From an uncultured Gemmatimonadales bacterium (GTDB taxonomy: Bacteria; Gemmatimonadota; Gemmatimonadetes; Gemmatimonadales; GWC2-71-9), in assembly GCA_963716055.1 (NCBI GenBank), contig CAVQSR010000001.1:1946855-2010854 (forward strand): a stretch of DNA of 64,000 bases, written 5' to 3'. This document shows, one piece after another, positions 9,086 to 17,993 of this stretch. A program made the position numbers and the translations under genes. The notes beneath the pieces are model-generated. The model was not told where the DNA came from. It worked only from the letters and a program-made list of their open reading frames with translations, and ran no database searches. Each line of letters begins with the position of its first letter. Within the stretch, counting starts at the first letter, position 1.

Positions 9086-9679
9086 CTGCCCCGCCAGGCC
9101 GACGAGCCGCTCGACGGGCTGCTCGCGGCGGCGGCGAGTACCTTCGCGGAGCGGGGCTTCCACGCGACCTCCATGCGCGACCTCGCGCGGGCGTCCGGGA
9201 TGAGCCTCGCCGGCATGTACTACTACGTGCGATCCAAGGACGACCTGCTGCAGCTGATCCAGAAACGCTGTTTCGAGCGGGTCGCCGACGGCGCCCGTGC
9301 GGCGCTCGGGGGGGGCACCGATCCGGTCGAGCGGCTGCGCGTCTTCATTCATCACCATGTGACGTTCTTCGCGCGCCACATGGACGAAATGAAGGTCTTG
9401 GCGCACGAGGCGGACAGTCTCACGGGGGCGCCGGCGCGCGCGCTGCGGGCGCACAAGAAATCGTACTCCGCGCTGCTCGTCGAGCTCGTAGCCGGGGTGA
9501 GTCCCGACAGCACCCCCGAGGAGCGCGCGGTGACGGCGTACGCGATCTTCGGTATGATGAACTGGATGTACACCTGGTACCGCCCGGGGGGCGCCGTCTC
9601 ACCTGACGAGCTGGCGGCACGCATCGCCGATCTGGCGCTGCGGGGCGTGACCGCCGCCGAGCCCGCGCGCGCAACCTGA
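9086..9679 (+). CDS. TetR/AcrR family transcriptional regulator (start unresolved; PaaR-like by position)
   Basis: The HTH reads FAERGFHATSMRDLARASGMSLAGMYYYVRSKDDLL. The first canonical start (ATG 9173) falls inside the HTH. The frame is open back to the stop at 9038, with only CTG 9086 or the out-of-frame ATG 9072 available as starts. Confidence 0.75.
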   Translation: MPRQADEPLDGLLAAAASTFAERGFHATSMRDLARASGMSLAGMYYYVRSKDDLLQLIQKRCFERVADGARAALGGGTDPVERLRVFIHHHVTFFARHMDEMKVLAHEADSLTGAPARALRAHKKSYSALLVELVAGVSPDSTPEERAVTAYAIFGMMNWMYTWYRPGGAVSPDELAARIADLALRGVTAAEPARAT

Positions 9680-10651
9680 ATGCCAAAGGACCCGATGCCC
9701 GCACCGCGAGCCGGCTCCCGGCCGGTCGATCCCCTGGAACAGGACCTGATCGACCGCATTGCCCAGGGGTTCATGGTGGAGTCCGAAGAGGACATGACGC
9801 CGGGGTACAAGAAGGCCCTGCTGACGCAGCTCACCGTGCAGGGCGACACCGAGCTGCTGAGCGCCCCCGCGTACTATCTCGCGTCGCGCGATGCGCCGAC
9901 GCTGAACAGTCGCATCGCGGTCACCGCGATCATCCACGACGAGCTGGGGCACGCGAACATCGCCTACCGGATCATGGAAGACCTGGGTGTGGACAAGCAG
10001 TGGCTGCTCTACGGGCGGCGGCCGCACGAGTTCAAGCACCCGTACGGCTTCGATCAGCCGCTCGAGAACTGGGCCGAGATGGTGGTGGCTAACGGGTTCT
10101 TCGACCGCGCGGGCATCACACTGCTCTCCGACGTGCACGAGCACACGAGCTACGGGCCGCTGAAGCGGGCGCTCGTGAAAGTGGATCGTGAGGAGGTCCT
10201 GCACCTGCGGCACGGGGAGTCGTGGATGAAGCGGCTCGCCAAGGCGGGCGGCGAGGCCCGCGAGGCGCTGCAGCGGGCCGTCGACTGGATGTTCCCCATG
10301 ACCATCGAGTGGTTCGGCTTGCCGGACGACCTCAAGCACCACGGCGGTCAGCTCGCCTACCGCCTGAAGGGCAAGACGAACGACCAGCTGCGGCAGGTGT
10401 GGATGGCGGCGACCGTTCCGTTGTGCGAGCAGATCGGGATCGCGGTCCCGGCGCACCACGACTCCGCCACCAGGACCTACGTCATCGATTATCCGTTCCC
10501 CTGCCAGTACGACCCGGCGGCGAAACGCTGGCTGTTCGATGAGTCGCTGAGCTGGGACCAGGTGTTCGAGCGCTGGAAGGCACGCGGCCCGATGAACCAG
10601 CGGTACATCGAGATGTGCCAGGGGATGTTCCGGAGGTGGAGTGACAACTGA
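9680..10651 (+). CDS. paaA: 1,2-phenylacetyl-CoA epoxidase subunit A
   Basis: 323 aa. Di-iron ferritin-like motifs IIHDELGHANIAYR and REEVLHLRHGESW, with overall PaaA-like sequence. The ATG directly abuts the TetR stop. Confidence 0.88.
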   Translation: MPKDPMPAPRAGSRPVDPLEQDLIDRIAQGFMVESEEDMTPGYKKALLTQLTVQGDTELLSAPAYYLASRDAPTLNSRIAVTAIIHDELGHANIAYRIMEDLGVDKQWLLYGRRPHEFKHPYGFDQPLENWAEMVVANGFFDRAGITLLSDVHEHTSYGPLKRALVKVDREEVLHLRHGESWMKRLAKAGGEAREALQRAVDWMFPMTIEWFGLPDDLKHHGGQLAYRLKGKTNDQLRQVWMAATVPLCEQIGIAVPAHHDSATRTYVIDYPFPCQYDPAAKRWLFDESLSWDQVFERWKARGPMNQRYIEMCQGMFRRWSDN

Positions 10652-10952
10652 CGCGCGCGTCTGGGACGCCCTCGGCGGGGTCACCGATCCGGAGTACGCC
10701 CTCTCGATCGTGGATCTCGGTCTCGTGTACGGCGTCCGCGTCATCGAGGACACCGTCCGCGTCACGATCACGTTCACCTCGATCGGGTGCCCGGCGATGG
10801 ACATGATCCTCGGGGATGCCGACGCGGCGATTCGGGCCCTGCCCGGCGCGCGCGACGTCCGGTTCGACGTCGTGTGGAGCCCCCCCTGGACGGCGGCGCG
10901 CCTCTCGGCGCGCGGCCGGCGGGTGCTGGCCATGTATGGTGTCGCGCACTGA
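10641..10952 (+). CDS. paaD: DUF59/MIP18 domain protein corresponding to the N-terminal half of PaaD
   Basis: VWDALGGVTDPEYALSIVDLGLVYGV...TFTSIGCPAMDMI...VVWSPPWT. The GTG start follows GGAGG. The protein ends where PaaD proteins continue into a Cys-rich tail. Confidence 0.75.
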   Translation: MTTDARVWDALGGVTDPEYALSIVDLGLVYGVRVIEDTVRVTITFTSIGCPAMDMILGDADAAIRALPGARDVRFDVVWSPPWTAARLSARGRRVLAMYGVAH

Positions 10953-10965
10953 GGAGCGCCGTTCC

Positions 10966-11178
10966 ATGCCGACGGAGGTGTACGAGGTGTTCGCCCGCAA
11001 GGCGCACGACGACGAGCTGCGGCACATCGGCAGCGTCAACGCGGCCGACGACGAGCTGGCGAAGACGTACGCGTGGACCCTGTACGACGAGGAGCGGTGG
11101 ATCGAGATGTGTGTGGTCCCGCGCCGCGCGGTCATTGCCGTGACGCCGCACGGCCGGCTCCCGCTGTGGGGGAATTGA
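10966..11178 (+). CDS. paaB: 1,2-phenylacetyl-CoA epoxidase subunit B (short, 70 aa)
   Basis: MPTEVYEVFARKAHDDELRHIGSVNAADDELAKTYAWTLYDEERWIEMCVVPRRAVI is PaaB-like. ATG at 10966 lies inside a longer track ORF. Confidence 0.78.
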   Translation: MPTEVYEVFARKAHDDELRHIGSVNAADDELAKTYAWTLYDEERWIEMCVVPRRAVIAVTPHGRLPLWGN

Positions 11179-11185
11179 GAGGCCG

Positions 11186-12004
11186 ATGACGACGACCGCG
11201 ACCACCCGGACCTTCGAGACCGCGGCGGATCTCGCCCCCGATGTGCGCGCCGCGCTGCGGCGTCTGCTCCTCGGTTGCGCCGACACCAAGCTCCTGATGG
11301 GATATCACTACGGCGAGTGGACCTTCGGGACACCCGCGCTCGAGGCCGCCGTGGCGAACTGCTCCATCGCCCAAGGGGAACTGGGCCACGTCCGCTTGCT
11401 GCACGGCATTCTCAAGACCAACTGGGACGACGATCCCGATCAGCTCGTCGAAGGGCGCGTGGCCGAGGCGTTCGCGAGCATCCGGTACCTGGACCACGAT
11501 CTTCCCGACTGGCCGGCCGTCGTGGCGATGAACTTCGTGGTGGATCTCGCGATCACGCGCGTCATTCACGCGCTCACGGACTCGGCCTTCCTGCCGCTGC
11601 GCGCCTGCGCGGACAAGCTGCTCCAGGAGGAGCGCTACCACATCCATCACGGCCAGGGGTGGTTCCGCACACTCGCGGCCGGCGATCGCCGCGACGTGGT
11701 CGCGGCGGCGGTGGACCGGGCCCTGGCGGACGTGGTGGAATGGTACGGCCCCGAGGGGGCGCCGGACGACGCCCTGTTGCTGCGGGCCGGGATCAAGGCC
11801 GCGAGCGACACGGACCTGTGCCGCGCTCTGTGCACCGACGTGGCGCGCGTGGCGGCGCTCTACGGCATCACGCCCCGCACGCCGGATCGGCCCGACGGCA
11901 CGACGTGGAACCCCGACCGCCGACGCGCCGGTCCGGGAGCACCCAGTGACGAGGTGCTCTATCATCTGCGGGGCACCAAGAACGAGGTCTTCAAGCGCGC
12001 GTGA
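11186..12004 (+). CDS. paaC: 1,2-phenylacetyl-CoA epoxidase subunit C
   Basis: 272 aa. LLLGCADTKLLMGYHYGEW...AQGELGHVRLLH...LLQEERYHIHHGQGWF is PaaC-like. Confidence 0.85.
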   Translation: MTTTATTRTFETAADLAPDVRAALRRLLLGCADTKLLMGYHYGEWTFGTPALEAAVANCSIAQGELGHVRLLHGILKTNWDDDPDQLVEGRVAEAFASIRYLDHDLPDWPAVVAMNFVVDLAITRVIHALTDSAFLPLRACADKLLQEERYHIHHGQGWFRTLAAGDRRDVVAAAVDRALADVVEWYGPEGAPDDALLLRAGIKAASDTDLCRALCTDVARVAALYGITPRTPDRPDGTTWNPDRRRAGPGAPSDEVLYHLRGTKNEVFKRA

Positions 12005-12204
12005 CGCCCGGCCCCGAAAAGCGCTGCCCCTTCTGCGGGGCCCCTGCCACGACCAAGGTGTCGGACTTCGCCACCTCGCTGATGGTCGCCGCGTACCGCT
12101 GCGACCACTGCAATTCCTACTTCGAGGCGATAAAATGGGGTGACCGGTCCGTGCCCCTGGACGTCCCCCCGTTCCTCGACCACGCCGGGCCCGCGACGGA
12201 CTGA
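12001..12204 (+). CDS. paaD: zinc-ribbon protein corresponding to the C-terminal tail of PaaD
   Basis: 67 aa. CPFCGAPATTKVSDFATSLMVAAYRCDHCNSYFEAIKW follows the PaaD tail pattern CPxCGS..(S)xFGST.CKALYRCxxCxxPFxxFK, as I recall it. The GTG overlaps the paaC stop (GTGA). Confidence 0.65.
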   Translation: MTPGPEKRCPFCGAPATTKVSDFATSLMVAAYRCDHCNSYFEAIKWGDRSVPLDVPPFLDHAGPATD

Positions 12205-12240
12205 GGCGCCCATTCACCGCATGCTGGAGAGCGACAGACC

Positions 12241-13044
12241 ATGACGGCTGCTGCGACGGACACGAAGCTGGTCAACTACCGGACGGAGGGCGGACTCGCG
12301 ATCGTCGAGCTCGCCGACCCGCCCGCCAATACCTACACCTACGAGATGATGCGGCAGCTGGACGCCGCGATCCTCGACGCGCGCATGGACGACGACGTGC
12401 ACGTGATCGTGATCCGCGGTGTGGGCGAGAAGTTTTTCTGCGCGGGTGCCAACATCAACATGCTCAACTCCGTCACCCCCCGCTTCAAGTACTTCTTCTG
12501 CCTGCACGCCAACGAGACGCTGAACCGCCTCGAGCAGACGCCCAAGCTCGTGATCGCCGCGCTCAACGGGCACTGCGTGGGCGGCGGGCTCGAGATCGCC
12601 ATGGCGGCCGACCTGCGCGTGGCCTGCAAAGACGCGGGCAAGATCGGCCTTCCCGAGGTCAATCTCGGCGTGCTGCCCGGCACCGGCGGCACCCAGCGCC
12701 TCGCCCGGATCGTGGGCAAGCCCAAGGCGATCGAGTTGATGGTCACGGGCCGCACCTTCGCCTTCGAGGAGGCGAAGGACCTGGGCATCGTGAACGAGAT
12801 CTTCCCCAAGGAATCGTTCTGGAACGACGTCCTGACGTACGCCCGGCAGTTCGCGCCTCCCGCCAAGGCGTCGAAGGCCGTGGGGCTCATCAAGCGCGCC
12901 GTCCAGTCGGGTGCCGAGGTGCCGTTCGAGAGCGCCCTGGCCATCGAGCGCGAGCTGCAGCAGCAGCTGTTCCAGAGCCAGGACGCGAAGGAGGGCCTCG
13001 CGGCGTACGTCGAGAAACGCAAGGCGGACTTCAAGGGTCGGTGA
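12241..13044 (+). CDS. enoyl-CoA hydratase/isomerase (crotonase) family protein
   Basis: 267 aa with FFCAGANINML and ALNGHCVGGGLEIAMAADLRVA...GLPEVNLGVLPGTGGTQRL. Confidence 0.9.
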   Translation: MTAAATDTKLVNYRTEGGLAIVELADPPANTYTYEMMRQLDAAILDARMDDDVHVIVIRGVGEKFFCAGANINMLNSVTPRFKYFFCLHANETLNRLEQTPKLVIAALNGHCVGGGLEIAMAADLRVACKDAGKIGLPEVNLGVLPGTGGTQRLARIVGKPKAIELMVTGRTFAFEEAKDLGIVNEIFPKESFWNDVLTYARQFAPPAKASKAVGLIKRAVQSGAEVPFESALAIERELQQQLFQSQDAKEGLAAYVEKRKADFKGR

Positions 13045-13051
13045 CCGCCAC

Positions 13052-14484
13052 GTGCGCACCGATCTGTTCATCAACAACGAGTGGCGGCCCGCGGCGTCGG
13101 GCCGCCGCTTTCCGGTCGAGAATCCGGCGACCGAGGAGATCCTGGCCGAGGTCGCCGAGGGCGACGCGGCCGATATCGACGCGGCGGTCGCCGCCGCCCG
13201 CGCGTGCTTCGAGTCGGATGCGTGGCGCGGGCTCTCCGGGCGCCGGCGGGGCCGCCTGCTCGCGCGCGCCGCCGACCTGCTCGACGCGCGCCTCGACGAG
13301 TTCGCGCGCCTCGAGACGGCGCACAACGGCAAGACGCTGTTCGAGTCGAAGATCGAAGTGGGCATGACCGCCGCCACGCTGCGCTACTACGCCGGCTGGG
13401 CGGACAAGATCACCGGGGACACCCTGCCCGCCGACGGCCCGTTCTTCATCTACACGCTGCGCGAGCCGATCGGAGTGGTCGGTGCCATCGTCCCGTGGAA
13501 CTTCCCGCTCAACATCGCCAGCTGGAAGGTGGCGCCGGCCCTCGCCGCCGGCTGCACCGTGGTGCTCAAGCCCGCGTCGGAGACGCCGCTCACGGCCCTG
13601 CTGTTCGGCGAGATCGCCCTCGAAGCCGGATTTCCCCCCGGCGCCTGCAATGTCGTCGCCGGAGGCGGCACCACGGCGGGTGCCGCGCTCGTCCGCCATC
13701 CGGGCGTCGACAAGATCGCGTTCACGGGCTCGACCGAGGTGGGGCGCGCGATCATGCGCGAAGCCGCGGGCACGAACAAGCGCGTGACGCTCGAGCTGGG
13801 CGGCAAGAGCCCGAACATCGTGTTCGCCGACGCGGACCTCAAGGCTGCCGCGCGTGGGGTCCAGACGGGGATCTTCTACGGCAAGGGCGAAGTGTGCGCG
13901 GCCGGCTCCCGGCTCCTCGTCGAGCGCGCCGCTCACGACCAGATGGTCGAGCTCCTCGCCGAAGGGGCGCGCAAGCTGACCCCCGGCGATCCGCTGGACA
14001 AGCACACGCGGATGGGTGCGCTCGTCTCGAAGAAACAGCAGATGAGCGTCCTGGGCTACGTCGAGCGCGGCAAGGCCGAGGGCGCCCGCTGGTCGCCGGC
14101 GGCAACCCCGTGCAGCACAACGGCAAGGGCTACTTCGTCGAGGCCACGGTGTTCGACGACGTCACGCCGGACATGACGATCGCCCGCGAGGAGATCTTCG
14201 GGCCGGTGCTCGCGGTGCTGACGTTCGACGACGTGGACGAGGGACTGGCGCTCGCGAACCAGACGATCTACGGCCTGGCGGCGGGCATCTGGACGCGCGA
14301 CATCGCCAAGGCGCACCGCGTCGCGCGTGCCGTCCGCGCGGGCACGGTCTGGATCAACACCTACAACTTCTACGATTCCGGGGCGCCGTTCGGCGGGTTC
14401 AAGGCGTCGGGCTTCGGCCGCGACCTGGGCCGCGACGCCCTCGACGGGTACCTCGAGACGAAGACGGTGTGGGTGGGGCTCTGA
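13052..14484 (+). pseudogene. aldehyde dehydrogenase with an interrupted reading frame (1-nt deletion at about 14089): pseudogene or sequence error
   Basis: The frame from GTG 13052 carries FPVENPATEE..., VVLKPASETPLTAL, ELGGKSPNIVF and GEVCAAGSRLLV up to ..GKAEGAR. The protein continues as LVAGGNPV...EEIFGPVL...GFKASGFGR in the -1 frame. The codons cgc and ctg share base 14089. Confidence 0.82.
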
Positions 14485-14491
14485 CCGCCCG

Positions 14492-15672
14492 GTGACCGCG
14501 GCCTTCATCCGGGCGGCCGTGCGCACGCCGGTCGGACGGCACGGCGGCGCGCTGGCCGGCGTCCGCCCGGACGACCTCGCGGCCGTGGCCGTCAGGGCGC
14601 TGGTCGAGCGCACCGGCATCGACCCGGCCGCGATCGACGACGTGATTCTGGGGTGCACCAACGGCGCGGGCGAGGACAACCGCAATGTGGCGCGCATGGC
14701 GGCGCTGCTCGCGGGCCTGCCGGTCGAGGTGCCGGGCCAGACGATCAACCGGCTGTGCGGCTCCGGGCTCCAGGCCGTCGCGAGCGCCGCGCAGGCGATC
14801 AAGGCCGGCGAGGGGGAGACTGTTCGTGGCGGGCGGCGTCGAGCGCATGACCCGGGCCCCCTACGTCATGCTCAAGACCGGCGACCCGTGGAGCCGCCGT
14901 CCGCCGGAGATCGCCGACACGACCGTCGGCTGGCGCTTCACCAACCCCCGGATGTCCGCCGGAGTGGACCATCGGACTGGGCGAGACGGCGGAGGTGGTC
15001 GCCGACCGCTACGGCATCACGCGCGAGGAGCAGGACGCCTTCGCGCTCGAGAGCCAGCGGCGGGCGGCGCGCGCCCAGGCCGACGGCGCGTTCGCCGACG
15101 AGATCGTGCCGGTGCCGCTCCCCGAACGGCGACCGCGTTCACGGTGGACGAACATCCCCGTCCCGACGTCACACGCGCGAAGCTCGGTGCCGCTGCGGCC
15201 GGCGTTCCGCCCGGACGGCACCGTCACCGCCGGGAAGCTCGAGCGGCATCAACGATGGCGCGGCGGCCCTGCTCGTCACGGCCGTCCGCGGGACCGACCG
15301 ACGCCGCTGGCCCGGATCGTGACCACCGCGGTGGCGGGCGTCGATCCCGCGTGCATGGGCCTCGGTCCGGTGCCCGCCACGCGGAAGGCGCTGGCGCGCG
15401 CCGGCCTCACGATCGACGAGATCGATCTCGTGGAGCTGAACGAGGCGTTCGCCGCCCAGGCGATCGCGTGCATCCGGGACCTCGCGCTCGATCCGGCGAA
15501 GGTGAACATCTACGGCGGCGCCATCGCGCTGGGCCACCCGCTCGGCTGCTCCGGAGCCAAGATCCTGGCGACCCTGGTGCACGCGCTGCGGCGCACGGGC
15601 GGCCGGCTGGGGCTCGCCACGATGTGCATCGGCGTCGGCCAGGGCATCGCGATGATCGTGGAGCGGACGTGA
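14492..15672 (+). pseudogene. acetyl-CoA acyltransferase / 3-oxoadipyl-CoA thiolase (PaaJ-like), with at least 6 frame disruptions
   Basis: Thiolase segments appear in alternating frames. In order they read VTAAFIRAAVRTPVGR..NRLCGSGLQAV..AGEGE, LFVAGGVERMTRAPYVM..GWRFTNPRMSA, (E)[79 protein letters not shown] and PLARIV..NEAFAAQ..GGAIALGHPLGCSGA. Confidence 0.82.
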
Positions 15673-16420
15673 GCGCGCCGCCGATCCTGGTCGCGCGCGA
15701 CGGCGGGATCGCGACCGTCGACGCTCAACCGGCCCGACCGGCTCAACGCGCTCGATCGCGCGCTGTGCGATGCCCTGCTCGGCGCGCTGCGCGAGGCGGC
15801 CGCGGACGACGACGTGCGGGCGGTGATCGTCACCGGCGCGGGCCGCGCCTTCTGCGCCGGCGCCGACCTGGCCGTGCTCGAAACCGACGGCGAGGCGCTG
15901 GTCGCGGCGGGGCGCGAGATCGCCCTGGCGATCCGCGCGCGCGCCCAAGCCGGTGCTCGCCGCGGTCAACGGTGCCGCGGCCGGGGGCGGGGCCAACCTG
16001 GCGCTCGCCTGCGATTACCGCCTGGCGGCCGACGCCGCCGCCCTCGGGCAGGTGTTCCCGCGCCTCGGCCTCGCGCAGGACTGGGGTGGCAGCTACTTCC
16101 TGCCCCGCCTCGTGCGGCCGTCGGTCGCGCTCGAGCTCGTCTGGAGCGCCCGCATGGTGCCGGCCGCCGAGGCCCTCGCGCTGGGCCTGGTGGACCGGGT
16201 CGTGCCGGCAGACCGGCTGGCAGCCGAAGCGCGGGCGCTCGCGGCGTCCTGGGCGGAGCATCCGCCCCAGGCGCTGCGCCGCGCCAAGGAGGGTGTGTAC
16301 GCGAGCGCCGGCCGCTCGCTCGCCGAGATGCTCGACTGGGAGGTCGTCACGCAGCGGGAGCTGTTCGCGACGCCCGAGGCGCGGGCCCGGCTCGCCCGGG
16401 AGGCGGCGCGGCGGCGATGA
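15669..16420 (+). pseudogene. enoyl-CoA hydratase/isomerase family protein with 2 frame disruptions
   Basis: VSAPPILVARDGGIATV is in frame 0. TLNRPDRLNALD..VIVTGAGRAFCAGADL..ALAIRA is in frame +1. PKPVLAAVNGAAAGGGANLALACDYRLA... runs to the stop in frame +2. The breaks lie at 15720 and within a (GC)n run at 15936-15946. Confidence 0.78.
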
Positions 16421-17109
16421 GTGCACCGCTCGTGATCGCGCACCGCGGCGCATCGGCGGTCGAAGTCGAGAACTCGCTGGCCGCGTTCCGGGCCGCCGTG
16501 CGCCTGGGGGCGGATGGCGTGGAGCTCGACGTCCACGCCACGGCGGACGGCGCGCTGTTCGTCCACCACGACGAGACGATCGACGGCGTCCATCATGTGG
16601 CCCACGCCCGGGCTGAGCGGATCCGCCAGCTCCGGCTCGCGAACGGCGAGCCCGTGCCGACGCTGGCCCAGGCGCTGGCCGCGTGTGGCGCCCTGCGCGT
16701 CTTCGTCGAGGTGAAGTCGCTCGCGCCGGCGCAGGATGAGATGCTCCTGGCCACGCTCGATGCGGGTCCGAACCCCGCGGGCTACGCGGTGCACGGGTTC
16801 GACCATCGGATCGTGCGGCGGCTGGTCGAGCGCCGCCCGTCGCTGCCGTGTGGCGTGCTGAACGTGTCGTACCTCGTCAGACCGCTCGCCGCGTTGGAAG
16901 ACGCCGGCGCCCGCGCGCTGTGGCAGGAGCATCGCCTGGTGGACCGCGAGCTGGTCACGAGCGTGCACGGGGCGGGCGGCGTGGTGTATGCCTGGACGGT
17001 GGACGACGCCGAGCGCATGCAGGGCCTGCTCGATCTGGGGGTGGACGGTCTCTGCACCAACCGGCCGGACGTCGCGCGCCGCATCGTGGACGCGGAGGTG
17101 GCCGCGTGA
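16417..17109 (+). CDS. glycerophosphodiester phosphodiesterase family protein (230 aa)
   Basis: MSAPLVIAHRGASAVEVENSLAAFRAAVRLGADGVELDVHATADGALFVHHD... The ATG overlaps the upstream stop (ATGA). Confidence 0.85.
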   Translation: MSAPLVIAHRGASAVEVENSLAAFRAAVRLGADGVELDVHATADGALFVHHDETIDGVHHVAHARAERIRQLRLANGEPVPTLAQALAACGALRVFVEVKSLAPAQDEMLLATLDAGPNPAGYAVHGFDHRIVRRLVERRPSLPCGVLNVSYLVRPLAALEDAGARALWQEHRLVDRELVTSVHGAGGVVYAWTVDDAERMQGLLDLGVDGLCTNRPDVARRIVDAEVAA

Positions 17110-17993
17110 GCGGTTCGTCCTTTCCCGCGCCGTTTTTTCCGCCCGTCACCGTCGTCGGCGCCGGGACCATGGGGCACGGCATCGCGTACGTCGCGGCGCT
17201 GGCGGGCTGCCCCGTCACCCTCACCGACTCGCGCCGCCAGGCGCTCACCGAGGCCGTGCAGCGGATCGAGAGCCTGCTCGCGGGCGGGCTCAAGCGCGGG
17301 AAGCTCACCGAACAGGACCGGGCCATGGTGCACGCGCGGGTGCAGTCCGCCCGCGACGTCGCCTCCGCGGTCAGCAGCGCCGGCGTCGTCATCGAGGCGG
17401 TGGCCGAGGAGATGCTGGTCAAGCAACGCCTGTTCGCCGAGGTCGAGCGCCACGCACCCGCCGGTGCGCTCCTGGCCACCAACAGCTCGTCGTTGTCGGT
17501 GGGCCAGATCGCGGCGGCGCTGCGCGAGCCGTCGCGCCTCGTGGGGATGCACTTCTTCAACCCGGTCCACGCCATGCGCCTGGTCGAGGTCGTCCGCCAC
17601 GGCCGGAGTGACCCGGCCGCGATCGACCGCGCCGTCGAGCTGGCCCGCCTGTTCGGCAAGGAGCCCATCGTGGTGCAGGACTCGCCCGGGTTCGCCTCGA
17701 GCCGGCTGGGAATCGTGCTGGGTCTCGAGGCGATGCGCATGGTGGAACAGGGGGTCGCGAGTCCCGCGGACATCGACAAGGCGATGGAGCTGGGATACAA
17801 CCACCCGATGGGGCCGCTCAAGCTGACCGATCTCGTCGGGCTCGACATCCGCCTCGCCATCGCGACCTACCTGTACAAGACCCTGGGCGCGCCGCATTAC
17901 GAGCCGCCGCAGATCCTGCGCGACAAGGTGGCCGCGGGTGAGCTGGGCAAGAAGAGCGGCAAGGGATTCTACGATTGGGCGGAGGGCGCGTGA
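17106..17993 (+). CDS. 3-hydroxyacyl-CoA dehydrogenase (PaaH/Hbd-like, 295 aa)
   Basis: VTVVGAGTMGHGIA (Rossmann fold), TNSSSLSV, HFFNPVHAMRLVEVV, VQDSPGFASSRL and GPLKLTDLVGLD. The GTG overlaps the upstream stop (GTGA). Confidence 0.9.
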   Translation: MSGSSFPAPFFPPVTVVGAGTMGHGIAYVAALAGCPVTLTDSRRQALTEAVQRIESLLAGGLKRGKLTEQDRAMVHARVQSARDVASAVSSAGVVIEAVAEEMLVKQRLFAEVERHAPAGALLATNSSSLSVGQIAAALREPSRLVGMHFFNPVHAMRLVEVVRHGRSDPAAIDRAVELARLFGKEPIVVQDSPGFASSRLGIVLGLEAMRMVEQGVASPADIDKAMELGYNHPMGPLKLTDLVGLDIRLAIATYLYKTLGAPHYEPPQILRDKVAAGELGKKSGKGFYDWAEGA

